From contig CAVZAQ010000013.1 in assembly GCA_963773405.1 (NCBI GenBank), positions 19,758-83,757 of the forward strand: a stretch of DNA of 64,000 nucleotides, given 5' to 3'. Numbering within the stretch: position 1 is the stretch's first letter; each line of letters starts with the position of its first letter. The notes below the pieces were generated by a model that worked only from the letters and a program-made list of their open reading frames with translations, did no database searches and was not told where the DNA came from. The translations under genes and the position numbers were made by a program. Of the stretch, positions 43,140 to 52,161 are shown piece after piece. Source of the DNA: an uncultured Chloroflexia bacterium (GTDB lineage: Bacteria; Chloroflexota; Limnocylindria; QHBO01).

Positions 43140-44746
43140 TAGCTGCCGCGCCCGGACGGCGGCGTCGTGCTCGTGGGGACGCCGGGGACGAGCAGGACCG
43201 AGCATGGGCGCGCGAAGGACGAGGTGACCGGCAATGCCCGGAGCCCAGACCCGCGGCGTCGTGGACGGCAGGCCCATGACCAGCAGGTCCGCGTTGGCCG
43301 CCTCTGCCCGCAGGATGCGCACGGGGTTCCCCTCGCGGACCATGCGCCGAAGGTGGATCCCCTGCACGGAAGCCGCCTCACGCATCCGCCCCAGGGCCAC
43401 GACCGCCTCCGCCCGGGCATCGCTGGCGGCCATGAACGCCGGCGGGCGGACCGCGATCCCGGTCAGCTGAGCCTTGGTCTGCACCGCAAGGTCAATGGCC
43501 GCCTGCGAGGCGGCCCGCCCGGCATGCGTCTCGCGCGCCGGGGCCAGGATGGTCGCGATAGCCGGCGCCCTCGCCCCGGACCAGGAGCACGGCGACGTGC
43601 TGGGCCAGCGCGGCGCGCAGGAGCCCCACCGCCGCGAATCGGCCGCCCGGAGGGGGCAGGACGGCAACCCCGGCATGAGCGGCGCGTGCCGCGGCGATCA
43701 CGGCATCCGCGGAGCCCGACTCCAGCGCCGCCTCCGTTACGGTGATCCCCTCCGCCCGCTCGGTCGCCGCCTGGATCAGGGCCCGGATCTCTCGCGTCTC
43801 CACGGAGGGCTCGGCGGACGCCTCCTCCGGGCCCGGCTCCCCGTCGTCGTCGACGTCGCCATTCCCGCGCGGAGACCTTGGCCTCCGGCTCGCCGTTGGG
43901 CCCCATGGGCCTGTGCAGCAGCAGCAACCCCTCCGCCGCGCTGTTGCGGACGAGGTGGATCGCCGCGGGCAGCAGGCGCTCCAGGTCCTCCGGCGAATGG
44001 AGGCGCACCGCAATGAGGCTGCCGAAATCGGCCGGGAATCGGGCCGTGGCGGTCGTGAAGGTGCGCACCACCATGGGGTAGTCCGCCGTGGCGCAGACCA
44101 CGGTCACCAGGTCCCCCTCCTCGAGGACCGTGGCGCCGTGCGGCACGATCAGCGCCCCCCGGCGGCTGATGGCGGCGATCAGCGTCCGCTCCAGCTCGAG
44201 CTCTCGCAGGGGGCGACCAACCAGCGGCGAGTCCGCCGCGATCCGGAACTCGATCGCCTGGGCCATCCCCTCCGCGAACGCGGCCGAGCTGACCCGGCGC
44301 GGCTCGAGCTGGATCTCCAGGCGACGCGCCGTCAGGCGCGCCGGGGAGAAGGCGACGAAGTCCTCGCTGCGGTACGCGTTGATGCTCTCCGGACCGGCAG
44401 CCACGGCCGCGATGCGCGGGACGCCCGCCGCCTTCGCGATCCGGCACACCTCCAGGTTGGCGCGGTCGTTGCCGATGGCGGCCACCACCGCATCGGCCCG
44501 GTCCAGGCCCGCCCGCTCGAGCACCACCCGGCTGGTGCCGTCGCCCAGCTCCAGGCGCGTCTCCCCCGCCGATGCCGCCGATGCCGCCGGCCGGCCCGAT
44601 CCATTGCCCGTTTCGCCGGAGCGCGCGTCGCGAAGCAGGTCGAGCCGTTCCTGGTCGTTGTCGACGACCGTGACCTGCCAGGCCTCCGAGAGTCCTCGCA
44701 ACAGATCGCGGGTGATGCCACCCGCCCCGACGACGATGAGCTGCAC
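43140..44746 (-). pseudogene. TrkA-N/TrkA-C (RCK) domain protein with two C-terminal universal stress protein (UspA) domains, split by at least 2 frameshifts
   Basis: MQLIVVGAGGITRDLLRGL...VVDND (Rossmann) ... TrkA-C (SPLVGRPLRELELERTLIAAISRRGALIVPHGATVLEEGDLVTVV), then Usp-like ...AEGLLLLH / (frame 2) ITVTEAALESGSADAVIAAARAAHAGVAVLPPPG...HVAVLLVRGE / (frame 3) AIDLAVQTKAQLTGIAV...ADLLVMGLPS...GHLVLRAPMLVLLVP. Sits directly upstream of the antiporter. Confidence 0.55.
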
Positions 44747-44859
44747 CGATCCTCCGACCCTGGGCGCGGTACCGGGGGGTTCCGGTTGGCGCGCATTATC
44801 CGGGACGGCCGGGCCGCGGCGCGCGGGGTGTCAGCGCCGGCCCGATACCGGGCATGGTC

Positions 44860-45020
44860 GGCCATGCCATGTTCGAGCAGCTGGAACGTAACGTCGCCCG
44901 TGGCGCCGCCCCGAGGGTCTTACCGACACGGTGTTCGACCCGCCGTGACGTACCGTCGCCAGAACAGCGGGAGACCGCCTCTCGCCGACGTTACGTTCGG
45001 GTGGGTGTAACAACGGGCGG
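44860..45020. repeat. Composite intergenic repeat element, copy E1 (ccATGTTCGagcagcTGGAACGTAACGTCGccc; gGTGTTCGAcccgccGTGACGTACCGTCGcc; inverted CGACGTTACGTTCGggtgggTGTAACAA)
   Basis: Read directly, between the divergent trkA-like and dipeptidase genes. Confidence 0.55.
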
Positions 45021-45091
45021 ATCCAGGTGGGGTTTGCCGCGAGATTCGTGCCGCCTGAAGAGGGCGCCATCGGCCTAGACTACGCGCGCCC

Positions 45092-46296
45092 ATGAGCAGC
45101 ACCGCGGCCCTCAAGCACGCGCGCAGACCTTCTCCGCCGGCAGATCCTGATCGACGGGCACAACGACCTGCCCTGGGCGATCCGCGAACGCGGAGGGCGC
45201 GCCGGGCGACATCGGCGCCTACGAGCTCGTCCGGGAGCGGCGCCAGCCGGGGATCGCCCGGGGCCACACGGATTTCGCGCGCGCCCGACGGGGCGGGCTG
45301 GGCGGCCAGTTCTGGAGCGTCTACGTCCCCGGCGAGGGCGGGATGGACGCCCGTCCGGCGCGCACCCAGCTGGAGCAGCTGGACCTGGCGCGGCGGCTCA
45401 TCGACCGCTACCCGCGACACCTTCGCTTCGCGTGGTCAGCGCGCGAGGTCCGCGAGGCGTTCGCCGCGGGGCGCATCGCCAGCCTGCTGGGTATGGAGGG
45501 CGGGCACGTCATCGAGAACTCGCTGGGCGCCCTGCGTGCGTTCGCCGACCTGGGCGCCCGCTACATGACCCTGACCCACAACAGGGCCAACGACTGGGCG
45601 GACTCCGCCACCGATGCGCCGCGCCACGACGGCCTCTCCGACTTCGGCCGCGAGGTGGTCCGGGAGATGAACCGGATCGGGATGCTGGTGGATCTCTCCC
45701 ACGTGGCGCCGTCGACGATGCGCGACGCGCTCGACACCTCCGAGGCGCCGGTGATCTTCTCCCACTCCTCGGCGCGGGCCCTGTGCGACGTCCCGCGCAA
45801 TGTCCCCGACGAGATCCTGCGCCGGGTGCCGGCCAACGGCGGGGTGGTGATGATCACCTTCGTCGCCGGCTTCGTCTCGCCCGATGCCGCCGCGATCCTG
45901 GTGCCGGCCATCGCGGAAGTCGGCGAGCGGCTGGCCGGCGTCACGGATCCAGCCGAGCGGCGCGCCATCCAGCGCGAGGTCCTCGAGGGGCTGGAGGTGC
46001 CCATCCCGCCGCTCTCGGTGGTGGCCGACCACGTCGAGCACGTGGTGGCGGTGGCGGGGATGGAGCACGTGGGGCTGGGTGGCGACTTCGACGGCACGGT
46101 CTTCCTCACCCGCGGGCTCGAGGATGTCTCCGGCTACCCGAACCTGTTCGCAGAGCTGCTGTCGCGCGGATGGTCCGATGCCGATCTCGCCCGCCTGGCG
46201 GGCGGCAACGTCCTGCGCGTGATGCGCGAGGCGGAGGGTGTCGCGGCGCGCCTGCGGCGCGCCGGGCGCGAGGCGTCGCTGGCCGCCATCGGCTGA
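45092..46296 (+). pseudogene. Membrane dipeptidase (peptidase family M19), N-terminal 40 codons spread over 3 frames (2 indels)
   Basis: ORF 45343..46296: GHVIENSLGALRAFADLGARYMTLTHNRANDWADSA...VDLSHVAPSTMRDALD...VIFSHSSARALCDVPRNVPDEIL...HVGLGGDFDG: M19 motifs. Upstream, MSSTAALKHAR (frame 1), LLRRQILIDGHNDLPWAIRERGG (frame 2) and GDIGAYELVRERRQPGIARGHTDFARARRGGLGGQFWSVYVP (frame 3) form the conserved N-terminus. Confidence 0.65.
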
Positions 46297-46458
46297 CGGC
46301 GGCCGCCGGGCAGGCACCGGGTCCACCGGGGGGGCGCCCGCTGTCGGAGGTTTCGTGCGGCAGGAACGCACGACTGGACGACCGCACGACTGCACGGGTG
46401 CACGAAAGGGCCCGACGGCCGCTCGCGACCGATCAGCCCGGCGCGAACAGCGGCCTGA

Positions 46459-47112
46459 TCAGGTGAGGAGCGAGAGGACCAGCAGGGCCTGCCCCAGGTG
46501 GTACGCGACCCTGCGCGGCAGGCGGCCGCCGGGCAGGCGTGCGACGAACCGATCCCAGCCCAGCAGCCCGTCGGAGACGAAGAAGAAGATTGCTCCCGCG
46601 GCGGCCGTGGCGTCACCGATCCCGGCAGCGGCGGCGGTCATCAACGAGATGACGGCAAGGTAGACGGCGACCGCGGTGCCCAGACGCCAGCCGCTCTTCG
46701 CGACCGCGGCGCGCACGATGCGGCTGCCGACCCAGGTGCCGGCCACCCAGACGAAGACCGCGCCCATCGCCAGCTCGCCCGGCGCCTGCTGCTCCCCGAC
46801 GAAGGCGCCCAGGTACGCGACGGTGAGCGACGAGGAAGAGGCCCAGCCCCATCGCCGAACCAGCGTCGCTCGCCGGGGACCACGGACAAGGAGCGCGACG
46901 TCGCCGGCGAGCGAGACGGCGAGCGCGAACGCAAACCACGAACGCTCGCCCGGGCTGCGCGGGTCCAGGACCAGCGCGGCGACCAGCAGGGCAGCGAGCA
47001 CCGCCGGCTTGGTCACCAGCTCCACCCGGCGGCGGCCGGTGCCCACGGCCATCCAGTCTGCGAGCGCCGCCACGGCGGCAAGGCCGAAGCAGATCGAGGC
47101 GGCTGGCGTCAT
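46459..47112 (-). CDS. YhhN-family (lysoplasmalogenase-like) membrane protein
   Basis: ...AGAIFFFVSDGLLGWDRFVARLPGGRLPRVAYHLGQALLVLSLL: YhhN C-terminal signature; 6-7 TM helices. Start at MTPAASICFG (47112) or MGPYD (47133). Confidence 0.5.
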   Translation of the reverse strand: MTPAASICFGLAAVAALADWMAVGTGRRRVELVTKPAVLAALLVAALVLDPRSPGERSWFAFALAVSLAGDVALLVRGPRRATLVRRWGWASSSSLTVAYLGAFVGEQQAPGELAMGAVFVWVAGTWVGSRIVRAAVAKSGWRLGTAVAVYLAVISLMTAAAAGIGDATAAAGAIFFFVSDGLLGWDRFVARLPGGRLPRRVAYHLGQALLVLSLLT

Positions 47113-47175
47113 GAAGGCATCGTACGGCCCCATTGCGCCCAGGTGGGATGATCCACGCCATGTCCGCGACCGTAC

Positions 47176-48007
47176 CCCGGACGTGAACGCGCTGCTGGAC
47201 GCCGTCGGTGCGGCCTTGCCCAATCTCGGCCTCGCCCTCGTGGCGGTTCTTGCCCTGATGACCGCCCTGTGGCTGCTCAGCCTGCCGCTGCGCAACGCGA
47301 GCATCGTGGACATCGCCTGGGGGCCGCTCTTCGCGCTCCAGGCGCTCGTCTACCTGGCGGTCACCCCGGATGGGTTCGGGGGCCGCAAGCTGATCCTCGC
47401 CGTCCTGGTCGTGGTCTGGGCCGCGCGCCTTGCCTGGCACGTTGCATCCCGCAACCTGGGCCAAGGGGAGGACTTCCGCTACGCCGCGTGGCGCCGCGAC
47501 GCCGGCGCATCGTGGTGGTGGCGCTCGTTCCTCCGCGTCTTCGTCCTCCAGGGCGTCCTGGCCTGGGTGATCGGCATGCCCCTCTTCGCCGCAATGGTCG
47601 GCGGACCGCAGCACTGGACGCCGATCGACGCCATCGGCGCAGTGGTGTGGGCCATCGGCTTCTTCTTCGAGGCGGTCGGTGACTGGCAGCTGCGGCGCTT
47701 CGTCGCGAACCCCGCCAACCGGGGAACCACCATGCGCTCCGGCCTGTGGGCCCTCACCCGCCACCCGAACTACTTCGGCGACGCCACGCAGTGGTGGGGA
47801 TTCTGGTTCCTCGCGCTCGCGGCCGGGGGCTGGTGGAGCGTCTTCTCCCCCGCCCTCATGACCTTCCTGCTCGTCCGCGTCTCCGGGGTGGGCCTCCTGG
47901 AACGCGAGATCGTCGCCCGCCGCCCCGACTACGCCGAGTACATGCAGACGACCTCCGCCTTCATCCCGTGGTTCCCACGCCACCGCACCGGGAGATCAGC
48001 CCAATGA
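47176..48007 (+). CDS. DUF1295 family (steroid 5-alpha-reductase-like) membrane protein
   Basis: ...SLPLRNASIVDIAWGPLFAL...LTRHPNYFGDATQWWGFWFLALAAGG: DUF1295 signature. Start uncertain (ATG 47111, GTG 47176 or ATG 47258). Confidence 0.5.
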
Positions 48008-49792
48008 TCCTCAGCAGCTCCGAGACGATCCGCGCCTACACGAATGCCGGCTGGTGGGGCACCACCACCCTCCTGGACCTGTGGAACGCGAACGTCGCCG
48101 CCCACCCGGAGCGCACCGCCCTGGTCGATCCCCCGAACCGCGCGCGAGCTGACCGTGGGCGCGCCGCAGCGCTGGACCTACGCGGAGGCCGATGACCGGG
48201 CCACCCGCCTCGCGAGCGCGCTCCGCACGGCCGGAGTCGGGCGCGACGACGTGGTCATGGTCCAGCTCCCCAACATCGTGGAGCTGCCGCTCGTCTACCT
48301 CGCGGCGCTGAAGCTTGGGGCCGTGGTCTCGCCGCTGCCGGTCCAGTACCGGCAGCACGAGCTGCGCCACACCATGGGCGTGGTGCAGCCGCGGGCCTTC
48401 ATCACCGCGACCCGATGCACCGGGTTCGACCACGTGGCCATGGTCTCCGCGCTGCGCTCCGAGGTGCCATCGCTCTCGCCGGATGTGGTCGTCGCACTGG
48501 CGGAAGACGGCGATGCGCTGCCGGACGGCGTGCTGGCGCTGCGCGGCATCCTCGAGACCGATGGCGCCCTCCCCGCGTTCGAGGGCCTCACTCCGGGGTG
48601 GGACGCCAACGAGATCACCACCATCTGCTGGACCTCCGGCACGGAGGCGGAGCCCAAGGGCGTCCCGCGCAGCCACAACATGTGGATCAGCATCGCCTAC
48701 GGGACGACGGACGGCGCCCGCCTGGCCGATGGCGCGGTGATGCTCAACCCGTTCCCCATGGTCAACATGTCGGGGATCGGCGGGATGCTGGTGCCCTGGC
48801 TGCAGGTGGCGGGCACGCTGGTCATGCACCATCCCATGAGCCTCCCCGTGTTCCTTGCCCAGGTCGCGACGGAGCACGCCGAGTACACGGTGGCGCCGCC
48901 CATCCTGCTGAACATGCTGCTCGCCAACGAGGCGCTGCTGGCCGCGGCCGATCTCTCGTCGATGCGGGTCATCGGCTCCGGCAGCGCGCCGCTCTCCGCC
49001 TTCATGGTGGAGGGCTGGAAGAACCGGTTCGGTATCGACGTCCTCAACTTCTTCGGGTCGAACGAGGGGATCGCGCTGGTCGGCGACCCGGCGACCGTGC
49101 CCGATCCGGGCGAGCGGGCGCGCTACTTCCCGCGCTTCGGGACACCCGGTCCGCGCGCCGCTGGCGGCGACCTCGGGGAGTGGGGCAACCGCGCCGCCCT
49201 GGGCATGGAGACCCGGCTCCTGGACCCGCTCAGCGGGGAGCCGCTCACCGCCCCGGACCAGCCCGGCGAGCTTGCCTTCCGCGGCCCCACCCTCTTCCCC
49301 GGCTACTACCACCGGCCGGAGATGACCGCGCGCGCCTTTGACGCGGACGGCTTCTACCGCACCGGCGACCTGTTCGAGGTCCCGGCGGAGCGGCGGGATC
49401 GACTTCGCTTCGTGGGACGTGCCCGCGACCTCATCATCCGCGGCGGGATGAAGGTGGCCCCGGAGGAGCTGGAGGCGCTCATCGCCAGCCATCCGGCGGT
49501 CGCCGAGGTGGCGGTGGTGGGAATCGAGGACCGGCGGCTGGAGGGCGAGCAGCGGATCTGCGCCGTGGCGGTCCTGCGTCCGGAGACGTCGCTGACCATG
49601 GGCGAGCTGCGGGCGTATCTCGCGGAGCGGCAGATCGCCGCCTACAAGATGCCCAAGGAGCTGCTGATCCTGGACGCACTGCCGCGCAACCCGGTGGGCA
49701 AGGTCCTCAAGCGCGATCTTCGCATGCGGCTCGAGGGTCGGGGTGTCGGGCGCTCGGTGGCCGAGTCCGAGGGCGAAGCGACCCACGCCTGA
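48005..49792 (+). CDS. AMP-dependent acyl-CoA synthetase/ligase, with one frameshift near 48140
   Basis: MILSSSETIRAYTNAGWWGTTTLLDLWNANVAAHPERTALVDPPNR (ORF 47746..48195 tail), then ELTVGAPQRWTYAEADDRATRLASAL... in ORF 48044..49792, with AMP-binding motif ICWTSGTEAEPKGV and C-terminal YRTGDL...GRARDLIIRGGMKVAPEELE. Confidence 0.7.
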
Positions 49793-49836
49793 ACCGCGGA
49801 CGCCGGCCGCCCGCATCGGCCTAGACTGGGCCGCCG

Positions 49837-50469
49837 ATGCAGCAGCCACCACCCGGAATCACCCGCCTGGGCGCGCTCGACGTGATCCTGGTTCGCCACG
49901 CACAGCCGATTCCGTCGTGGTCTCCGGGCTGGGAGGATCGCGACAACGAGCGCCCGCTGGACGCCGCCGGCCAGCGTGCAGCCGACGAGCTCGCCGACGA
50001 GCTGGAGCGGTACGGGCTCACAGCCATCTACTCCAGCCCGTACCCGCGCGCGCGTCAGACCGTGGAGCCGGCGGCACGCCGCCACGAGCTCCAGGTCCAG
50101 GAGCTGGCAGACCTGCGTGAGCGGCTCCTGAACGCCGATGCGCCGCGCGACGACTGGCGCGAGGTGCTCGAGCACAGCTGGTCGGATCCCGACTACGCCC
50201 TCCCCGGCGGCGAGTCCGGCCGCACGGCACAGCGGCGGGCGCTCGCGGTCCTGGACCTGCTCCGCGTCCGCCACCCGGACGGCGGCCGCCTCCTCGTCGC
50301 GAGCCACGGCAACCTGATCGCCCTCATCCTCCAGGCGCTCGAGCCCGGCGTGGACTGCGCCTTCCACCTCGCCATGCCCATGCCCGCGCTCTACCACCTC
50401 CAGCACGACGGAATCGGATGGCGGGTGATGGGCGGCTCCGGCTTCGTCCCCCTCTCGGCCACCAACTGA
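49837..50469 (+). CDS. Histidine phosphatase (phosphoglycerate-mutase-like) family protein
   Basis: ILVRHAQPIPSWSPGWEDRDNERPLDAAGQRAADELADEL...SSPYPRARQT...LVASHGNLIALI: RHG catalytic motif and family signatures. Confidence 0.65.
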   Translation: MQQPPPGITRLGALDVILVRHAQPIPSWSPGWEDRDNERPLDAAGQRAADELADELERYGLTAIYSSPYPRARQTVEPAARRHELQVQELADLRERLLNADAPRDDWREVLEHSWSDPDYALPGGESGRTAQRRALAVLDLLRVRHPDGGRLLVASHGNLIALILQALEPGVDCAFHLAMPMPALYHLQHDGIGWRVMGGSGFVPLSATN

Positions 50470-50478
50470 CCGGAAGGC

Positions 50479-51687
50479 TCAGGCGTCGCGGGAGGTGAGG
50501 TCCTCCAGCGTCTCGCGGCGACGAGAGAGTCGCGCCTCACCCCCCTCCACGACGACCTCCGCCGCGCGCGGACGACCGTTGTAGGTCATCGACATCGCAG
50601 CGCCGTAGGCGCCCGCGCGCCCGATCGCCAGCAGGGCGCCCCGCCCGCACCGCGCCAGCTCCCCGGGGGAGAGCCAGCGGCGGAGATCGCGGGAGAGGAC
50701 GTCGCCCGCCTCGCAGATCGGCCCCGCCAGATCGACGCGCGGCGCGGCGGCGAGGGCCTCCCCGGGGGCCAGCAGCGCGACGGGATGGTCCGCCCCGTAG
50801 AGGACCGGGCGGATCAGATCGGTCATGCCCGCATCGGCCACCAGGTAGGTCAGGCCCTCCGCTGCCCGCGGCTGGACGCGCACCACCCGGGTGACCAGCC
50901 AGCCGGCATCGGCGACCAGGCTGCGACCCGGTTCGCAGATGAGCCGATGGCGCCCGAACCGCGCCCCTGCCGCATCCGCGAGCCGCGACAGGATCTCCGG
51001 GTCCGTGGCGGCGAGCCCGCCGCCCAGGTCGATCCGCTCCGGCGCCAGGCCGGCGGCGAACGCCGTCGCCTCGACCTCGGCCAGGCGGTCGAGGAGGGCC
51101 AGGTGGGCCGCCACGCCCTCGATACCGGAGCCGATGTGGGCGCCCAACCCGGCCAGCGGCAACCCGGCACCGCCCAGCATGGCGAGCGCGGCGGGAAGAT
51201 TGTCGAGCGGAATGCCGAACTTTGCCGACCCGGCGCCGGTGGCCAGGTGCGGATGGGTCGCTGCCTCCAGCGCCGGGTTGACGCGCAGCCCGATCCGCGG
51301 ATGCGTGGCGGCCGGGGCGAGACGCATCAGGACGTCCAGGTCGTCGAGCGACTCCGCGTTCACCAGCGCGCCGGCCTCGAGGCCCTCCCGCAGCTCCTCG
51401 TCGCGGCGCCCGACCCCGTTCATCACGATCCGATCCGGGGGACAGCCGGCGCGCAGCGCGAGCGCCAGCTCAACATCGGTGACCACCTCGCAGCCCGCGC
51501 CATCGGCGACGAGCCGGCGCAGGAGCGCCGGATCCGCGTTGGCCTTGACGGCGTAGGCGACCAGCGCCTCCGGGAACGCTGCGCGGTAACGGGCCAGGTT
51601 GGCGGCCGCGGCGTCCAGGTCGGTGATCCAGACGGGCGTCCCCCAGCGAGAGGCTGCGTCGACGAGGAAGGCGGGGGTGGCGGTCAC
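50479..51687 (-). CDS. PLP-dependent Orn/DAP/Arg decarboxylase family protein (diaminopimelate decarboxylase-like)
   Basis: ORF 50479..52143(-). Conserved part begins ~VTATPAFLVDAASRWGTPVWITDL...YAVKAN...; ...GGGLAA...; C-terminal ...ICEAGDVL... Start taken at GTG 51687; the upstream in-frame 150 codons are not family-like. Confidence 0.6.
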   Translation of the reverse strand: MTATPAFLVDAASRWGTPVWITDLDAAAANLARYRAAFPEALVAYAVKANADPALLRRLVADGAGCEVVTDVELALALRAGCPPDRIVMNGVGRRDEELREGLEAGALVNAESLDDLDVLMRLAPAATHPRIGLRVNPALEAATHPHLATGAGSAKFGIPLDNLPAALAMLGGAGLPLAGLGAHIGSGIEGVAAHLALLDRLAEVEATAFAAGLAPERIDLGGGLAATDPEILSRLADAAGARFGRHRLICEPGRSLVADAGWLVTRVVRVQPRAAEGLTYLVADAGMTDLIRPVLYGADHPVALLAPGEALAAAPRVDLAGPICEAGDVLSRDLRRWLSPGELARCGRGALLAIGRAGAYGAAMSMTYNGRPRAAEVVVEGGEARLSRRRETLEDLTSRDA

Positions 51688-52161
51688 CGCCCGGAGGGTG
51701 TCTCGCTCGAGCGCGCCTCGACCGGTCGCCCGGGACGGCGGCCCGAGTCGGCGTCCGGCTTCCACGCCCGGGCGCGGTAGGCCGTCACGTAGTCCGCGGC
51801 ACCCCGCTCGGCGAAAAAGGCGTCGGCGGCTGCTGCGGCCGCCGCTCTGCCTCACGGAAGCGCCCGCGGCCAGGTGCCCCACCGCCAACCGGAGCCGGGC
51901 GAGGAGCGTGATCTCACCAACGTCGTCGAGGGCTCGTTGCGCGGCGCCGAACGCGATCCGGCCCTCCTCCCAGCGTTGCGTCGACGAGCTTCGCAAGGGT
52001 AGTGCCCATCTGGTGGATGGCCAGCGTGCGGGGTGCGCCATCGGCGATCGGCTCGAGCGCCTGCAGCGCGGGCGCGATCCACTCACCCTGCGCGGATGCC
52101 GCTCCGGCGAAAAGAATGGCCGTGGCGCCCGCAAGGGCCGCATCGCCCACGCTCTGGCCCT

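Noticed and set aside
51690-52160. N-terminal 150 codons of ORF 50479..52143 as part of the decarboxylase
   Set aside because: The sequence before VTATPAFLVDAA has no Orn/DAP decarboxylase similarity. Part of it looks like the TPR-like tail of the upstream giant signalling protein in another frame, so the decarboxylase start was placed at GTG 51687.
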